64,000 bases of DNA, taken from contig OZ024741.1 of assembly GCA_964016885.1 (NCBI GenBank), positions 136,772,001-136,836,000 on the forward strand, given 5' to 3'. Below the pieces are notes generated by a model. It was not told the origin of the DNA. It saw only the letters and a program-made list of their open reading frames with translations, and searched no databases. Shown piece by piece: positions 55,574 through 64,000 of the stretch (position 1 is its first letter; every line of letters starts with the position of its first letter). The position numbers and the translations under genes were made by a program. Origin of the DNA: Eledone cirrhosa (lineage: Eukaryota).

Positions 55574-57695
55574 TATTTTTTTATTAGCCACAAGGGCGCA
55601 AAAGAAAAGAGGACAATACAAAGACATGTCGGGGATTTTACATACAGTCGTGTAAAAAATATAAAAACAAACAATTACAACAATCGAAATCCCCAATAGG
55701 GGGGAGGCGTCACAAATGGGTTGTTTAATAGCCCGTCGATAGAACAACCCTCAACTCCAGGAGTGTGTTGTGCAAGTGCTCCTTTCTTCCTTTTGCTCTC
55801 TTCTTCAACCTACAGGCTTATAAACAGAGAAGGCCCAATCATTCGGGCCATTTTCGCTTCATTCACCCACCTTTCAGTAAATTTACTGGGATGCAGTGCC
55901 TCTCTCTCCACCCTGATTCTCCTTCTAAAGTGATACTTAAAGAAGGGAATCAATTGTTGTCCGGAGAGAAAGGCATCTGTCCTCAGTCCTCTCAACCTCG
56001 TCCACCATATAACTTCTTTCACCCATAGCTACCGTACAGAGCCACCGTACTTTCGTTTTTGAAAGAGGCTGGCGGTTTGATCCTTACTATGGACTCGGCA
56101 GTCAACTGGATTTGTCCCATACGCGACAGAAGTTGTTCTGCATAGTTCCACAGGTCGGTTACGCCCGGGCAGTGTACAATTGCGTGCAGGACTGTTTCAA
56201 TGTTCTGCGCGCATCTTGGACACGTCCTCTTGGAAGGATCCCTGCCGGGGCGTCCGTGCCTGTAGATCTTGTCACGAACCGGTAGAGCTCCTCGGTAGCA
56301 CTGCCAGGCCAGGGACCTCTGGAAGTTGTCCATAGGTCCCGGGCGGGAAGTCCTACCAAACAGACTGGTGAGCTCATCGTCTTCGACGCCCAGAGTCTCT
56401 CCGAGCACGTCGTCGCCCTTGTAACGTACAATCCCTCTATAGAATGTCGAAGTGGAGTCTCCGCTGATTGCTGCGCCCGCTTGCCAGAGGACTGTGAGCG
56501 CCTGAGCGCATTCAATGTGCCAGGCGCCCATCGTTTTCGGTCTTTTCTTGACCCACGACTGCAGCTCCGTCAGCGAGACGAGCTGTGGGAAAGCCTGTCT
56601 CACAAACGGTGCCCACACTGGTTGGGGGTCGGTGAGGAATACCTGGAGATGCTGCAGCCTCAGCGCATGTTTACGCATCATCAGCCACGGCATTCCCAGC
56701 CCTCCGTTGGAAGGGTGCTGACAGCAGACGGATCTCCTCACCAGCGGAGCCTGCTTCTTCCACAGAAACTGGAAGAGCATGCGTTCCATCTTGGCGAGGT
56801 GTTCACGGGGACAAGGCACGACAGTCAAGCGGTAGTAGATGACGGACGCTATGAAAGTGTTTGCCACCTCCGCTCGACCTTTCAAGGACAGTTTGCACTC
56901 TGCCCACTTCTGGGTGAGTGCAAACACCTTGGCCGTGACCTCGTTCCAGTTTTTCTCAACCTGGAGGTCTGGACCGAACCAGACGCCAAGCAATTTCCCC
57001 GGTCCGTCCGTCCAGCGTCCAACGACGCTGTCGGACGTCATCGGTTTGCCTCTCCACGTACCGAGTTGCAAACCGACAGACTTGTCCGGGTTTAGTTTTG
57101 CTACCGTCAGCGTTTCGTATTCTTTCAGTAAGTTGCCGATCACCCCGATTTCCGAGGTTCTCGACACCATTACCGTCACGTGGTCGGCATAAGCCGACGC
57201 CGCTTTGCGCAGTCCCGGTTCTAGAGGGATGCCCTGCAACAGCTCCAATTTCCGCAGTAGTGGCTCTAAAGTCAATGGAGGAGAGAGGGCACCCCTGTCG
57301 AATGGAACGCGTGATTGCGAACGGCTCCGATAGGTAGCCGTTCACCTTTCCCTCGAGCAGATACTGGTGTGCATCGCCTCGATCCAGCCTCTGAACACGG
57401 GACCGAAACCGGCCGCCTTGAGAACCGCTTCCAAGTATCGATGGTCGACCCTATCGAATGCCTTAGACTGATCCAAATTGATCAGAGCCCCACCGAAGCC
57501 GGGTTTACTACCCACCCTCTCTATGATGTATCGCATGAAGTGGAGGTTGTCGCGTATGGACCTAGTCGGGATTGCACACGTTTGCGCTTTCCCTACCAGG
57601 TTCTCGACGACAAGCGCCAACCTCGTCGCTAGCACCTTGGCCAAAATCTTTAACTCTGTGTTGAGCAGGCCTGAAGTTGTTAATTTCGTCCCCCT
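55574..57695 (-). mobile_element. 5'-truncated L1/Tx1-clade LINE (RT + zf-RVT), frameshifted
   Basis: LLNTELKILAK, LDQSKAFDRVDH, RQGCPLS, AYAD, LSLKGRA, GGLGMP, CPRC..ETVLHAIVHC. TSD TGTTGGAGGTAAATAGATA at 55555-55573 and 57696-57714. Confidence 0.9.
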
Positions 57696-57722
57696 TGTTG
57701 GAGGTAAATAGATAGATAGATA

Positions 57723-58776
57723 TATTTCTTTATTAGCCACAGGGGCACAAAAGAAGGGGACAAATACAAAGGGGGAAGTTTACATACAATAAAAACGTGT
57801 AAAATGTTATCACAGATGGAATTTAAAAGTTAGTCGATTTTCCCCAATAGAGGGAGACAGTTTATATGGGTAACACATACCCCCGAAAAAAAATGTGCAA
57901 CCCTCATCTCCAGGAGTACGAAGAGTTTGTACTCCTTTCCTCTCCTCCTCCTTTTCCTCAACCTACAGGCTGATATAGAGAGAAGGCCCATTCACTCGGG
58001 CCATTCTCGCCACTTTCACCCACCTTTCATAAAACTTGCTGGGGTACAGCACCTCTCTCTCCATCCTGATTCTTCTTCCAAAGTGGTATTTGAAAAAAAG
58101 AATCAGTTGTTGGCCGGAGAGAAAGGTGTCTGACCTCAGCCCTTTCAACCTTGTCCACCATACAACCTCTTTCGCCATAGCTATCACACAAAGGAAAACC
58201 GCCTCTCCTTCGTTTTTGAAGGAGGGTGGCGGTTTGATCATGACAATGGACTCGGTGGTCAACCGGATTGGTCCCACCCGCGACAATAGTCGTTCTACAT
58301 AGCCCCACAGGTCAGTGACGCCCGGGCAGTGTATGAATGCGTGCGCGACGGTTTCTTCGTCTCGCACGCACCGCGGACAGATCTTTTTTGCAGGGTCCCT
58401 GCCCGGGCGCCCATGTCTGTAGAGCTTGTCTCGAACTGGTAGAGCTCCTCGGTAGCACTGCCAGGCCAGGGACTTTTGGAAGTTGTCCATCGGTCCCGGG
58501 CGGAAGGTCCTACCGAACAGACTGGCCAGTTCATCTTCCTCCACGCCTAGAGTTTCACCGAGCGCGTCGTCGCACTTGCTGCGGACCAACCCTCTATAGA
58601 ATGACGAAGTGGAGTCTCCACTGATCGCCGGGTCCGCCTGCCAGAGGGCTGTGAGCGCCTGAGCACATTCGATGTGCCAGTCGCCCATTTTCCTCGGTCT
58701 CTGCTTGACCCAGGACTGCAGCTCGGTCAGCGAGACGAGTCGTGGGAAGGCTCGCCTCACGAACGGGGCCCACACC
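57723..58776 (-). mobile_element. Second, diverged 5'-truncated L1/Tx1-clade LINE copy
   Basis: Paralogous C-terminal ORF 57963-58838. TSD GGTAAATAGATAGATAGATA at 57703-57722 and 58777-58796. Confidence 0.9.
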
Positions 58777-58781
58777 GGTAA

Positions 58782-58818
<37 letters not shown>

Positions 58819-58879
58819 CGTGTACCAAACACACACACATTTCTTACTCTCTCTGTCCCTCCCTCTTTCTCTCTTCATT

Positions 58880-58998
<119 letters not shown>

Positions 58999-59439
58999 AG
59001 CGTTGTTATTTGGCGTTGTTGAAAAGAGCTGTGGCATTTGACCTGGCAATAAAAAACTGTAGACAAAATTCGTTCTGTACCAAGGCACACACACACAAGT
59101 TTTATGTGTGTATGTATATGTGTGTGTATTCAGCTAACAGTGAAATATAGAATTTAAAAAAAAAGAACCTTTTTCGACTGAGATCAAATGTTTTTTTTCA
59201 TTTCAAAAATATATAATTTGAAATAGCTTGCTTTTGTTTTGGACTGAAACTTTTTTGTATTTAATTCGTACGAGTATTTTTTAAAGAATCTAACATAACT
59301 TGATTTTGCCCAGTAATCTACTGATATCAAAATCAGTACTATATTGAAAAATGGAAAAATAGGGTAGGGGGGCGTTTCGTGATTTCGAGGCGCTCAAGGG
59401 GGCGTTTGACCAAAATGGGTTGAGAACCTTTGCTTTAGA

Positions 59440-60190
59440 TGATGTGTCTTGAGTGCCTAATTGATAACACTTGAATGTATATTGGTTTTTTTATTACTTT
59501 GATGATTGTATTTATTTACTCAACATTACATTAACTCCTTTGGACGTTTGTAAAAATTATTATTATGACTGAATTATGTAATCGAACTTATAGTCTTGCA
59601 CCTCTAAGTAATCCCTGGCTATGCTACACGTGAATCTAAACGTTTTTTTATGTATTTCTAAATATATCTTTAAATATATTTAAAACAATATTTGTTGGTG
59701 GTGTATTTTTAAATTCATATTTGAATTGCATGCTTTCTCTTATTAACTTTATTAATTTTCTTAACTACTTATGATATGTTTTTCACTGTACTTAATTTAT
59801 CTGTAACAGCATGTTTTTTTAATTTTTTTTATTTTTATTGCTTTTATCTGCTCCTAATTTTTATTGTATTTATCTGCTCCTATTCTTCATATGCTTTTTC
59901 CGTCTTTGTTACCTCACATAAATGTTAATGCTTATGCTTATCTAGCCTCCCATATAATGTATCCTCCTAATGCTCTTGTGACAAAGTTTTGATATTATAT
60001 TTGTGTTTGACTTTTGTTATCTACTCCGATGAATCCGGCCTTTTGCTAGGATGAAACGATCGTAAGAGATGTAATGTTTTAATCACTCCTTGGTTGTCAT
60101 TTACATTGTATTTTGGCTCTGTAGTATACTTGTTAGTTTTCATCGAGCTATTTTCATGCTTGTAACTGGGTAATATTTATTAATACCCAC
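59440..60190 (+). mobile_element. PLE-type 3' region with HHR-like motif (60019-60070, core CCGATGA); empty-site homologue of the Chapaev3 flanks
   Basis: 59440-59970 is the reverse complement of 51230-51637 joined to 53698-53820. Motif reads CCGATGA-ATCC..GGAT-GAAA-CGATCG-TA. Confidence 0.7.
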
Positions 60191-60283
60191 ATTATATATA
60201 TATATTCATATATAGCTATACTTGTATATATATATAATATATATATATATAATATATATATATATATATTATATATATATATT

Positions 60284-60395
60284 AGTGTGGCTGAGTGGTT
60301 AGGGAATTGGATTCGCAATCGTAAGGTTGTGAGTTCGATTCCTGGACCAGGCGATGCGTTATGTCCTTGAGCAAGACACTTTATTTCACGTTGCT
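60284..60395 (+). mobile_element. tRNA-derived SINE head, third family
   Basis: A box TGGCTGAGTGG, B box GAGTTCGATTCC, TGTCCTTGAGCAAGACACTT body. Confidence 0.75.
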
Positions 60396-60497
60396 CCTTC
60401 TACCTGGAGTTGCGACCGATAGATAGTATTAGCAATTGGAAAGACCAACGGAAACATTGTTCCCTCGGTCCGATTTGACGAAAGTCGATCGTTCCTT

Positions 60498-60528
<31 letters not shown>

Positions 60529-60546
60529 ATATATATATATATATTA

Positions 60547-60580
<34 letters not shown>

Positions 60581-60582
60581 TA

Positions 60583-61295
60583 CTAGCATTAAAGCCCGGC
60601 GTTGCTCGGGGTCATTAAGTTACCAAAGTTAGGTTGCACCACCCATTTTATGGCAGCACTTTTTTGTCTGCCAGGCACTGGGTGAATGAATTGCAGACCT
60701 GGAAGCATGAGCTGCGCCAGCAGTGACAATTGTAGTTTCGCCTATGGATATTATCTCTGTGCAAAAAAGTGTTGAAATTTATTGTTTCACAGTACTTGCG
60801 CAACACGCGCGTAGACGATGCCAGCCGAACAACAGAACTGCGATGGAGTTGTTCTGCATGGTTGTCTGTGTGTTTTCTAAATTTAAGACAGTAGGGAGGG
60901 TTGTGATATGAGGGAGAGTTAGCTGTTGTTTCTAGCAGGTTTAGTGACCTCATAGAGGATATATGTTTTCTAAATTTAAGATAGTAGGGAGTGGTGTGAA
61001 GGGACAGTATCACCATCAAGCTTGGAAAGAGAAAGTAGCAGAAAGTATGAAGTTGTATAGATTTTGAATGGTAGTAGAAAGAGTTCAGCAGTTTAAATCA
61101 GAGAGAAAAATCTTAAAATATTGAGTTTTATCTATTTTTTTGCGTAATTTTGGGTGAAATTGAAAAAATTATCTGCGTCAAGACGCAATCGAAACTATTT
61201 CGAATACTGAATTGTAAATTTCAATTGAAGAAATTCTATATCGTAGATTTCTATAACGAAGGAGCATGACCACACACTGAGCTTTATAGATTATG

Positions 61296-61296
<1 letters not shown>
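60583..61296 (-). mobile_element. Non-autonomous Helitron-type element
   Basis: A|TC ... GC-rich hairpin CCCGAG..CCGGG ... CTAG|T on the minus strand. A related 5' end lies at 37351-37379. Confidence 0.72.
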
Positions 61297-62955
<1,659 letters not shown>

Positions 62956-63772
62956 ACTTACTCTTGGCGCAGCAGATTTGAAAAAAATTACCGGTACAAG
63001 GTTAGCATTTCTTTGTTTATGTTTTATATATGAATATTGATTGTCCTTATATATCATTCTGTTATTTTGCCCGAGAAAATATCTGTGTGTGTCATCAAAT
63101 GTTGTACACACAGATATTTTTTTCAATTTCCAATTGAGTTCTTAGCACGTGGCCTGAATTCTTTTCAGAGTTCATTGTCACGCGCATGTATTGTTTTTTT
63201 TTTTGCGGTAATTCACTTCCTCATTTTTTGAATCAGTTCGAGCACTTCTTTCAGAACTGCTTGACTGGCTACCTGACAGATACCTCAGGCACAGAAAGTG
63301 ATTATCGCTAAATGCTGATGTTGGTTAGATTATCAATATTAGTATTATTGGGGCACCCACTGATGAATTATAGGAGCCCACTTGAATATATATCTATTGA
63401 TGGTATACAAGCTCCTACATAAATTGGTATAATTTCACCCAAATTGTAGGAGTCCTATAATGAAACGAGACGTCCGTCTGGGAAGAGAGATATTAGATAT
63501 GTCTCATTTGAAATAATACAGCCAATTTTCCACGCAATACTTTTAGTTAGCACCCCGAACACATAATTGGGAATATAATCACTTATTTCCTAATGTTTGT
63601 TGAGTGAGTTGGAATTTGGCCGGAGTATCGCTAAAAAGCTTTCTCCGATATTGTATTTATTATATATATATATTATATATATTATATATAATATATATAT
63701 ATATATATTATATATATATATATATATAATATATATATATATATATAATATATATATATATATAATATATAT

Positions 63773-63803
<31 letters not shown>

Positions 63804-63809
63804 ATATAT

Positions 63810-63879
<70 letters not shown>

Positions 63880-64000
63880 TATATATATATAATATATATA
63901 TAGGAACAAGTAAGACCCCGACGGCTGAGCTCAAGCCGTTTCAACGGCTAATTCTTCGTAATATATATATATATATATAATATATATATAATATATAATA

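Noticed and set aside
56481-57095. Plus-strand 204-aa ORF and similar antisense ORFs over the LINEs and PLE
   Set aside because: Shadow ORFs opposite GC-richer retroelement coding sequence.
60284-60350. tRNA gene
   Set aside because: A/B boxes are present, but there is no proper acceptor stem and it continues into a SINE body.
62956-63260. Second minus-strand exon ending at GTAAGT (62956-62961)
   Set aside because: The donor abuts a TA array, there is no convincing acceptor and no recognisable protein.

Overview
Eukaryotic, AT- and microsatellite-rich DNA made almost entirely of transposable elements. The tRNA-SINE sequences suggest an octopus/cephalopod genome (inference from recognition, not a search). 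No complete host gene is visible, only one candidate minus-strand exon (23753-23892). Penelope-like retroelements (PLEs) of at least three RT types dominate, and their termini are inserted into (TA)n/(TG)n arrays. The main structure is a very young 5.4-kb palindrome (4291-9732): two head-to-head copies of a 5'-truncated PLE (RT + GIY-YIG) separated by a 73-bp spacer with fold-back microhomology. I read about 18 type-I hammerhead ribozyme (HHR)-like motifs, several with non-canonical cores. Many local inverted repeats have their junction inside or next to the HHR helices. Also present: a near-intact CR1/L2-group LINE with CCCH fingers in ORF1, two Tx1/L1 LINE copies inserted serially at one (GATA)n edge, a decayed Chapaev3-type DNA transposon whose empty site is also in the window, RTE fragments, Helitron-type and Tc1/pogo/hAT MITEs, SINEs, a 1.8-kb (GGTATAAT)n satellite and a 200-N gap. 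All calls are by eye, so boundaries of decayed elements are approximate.
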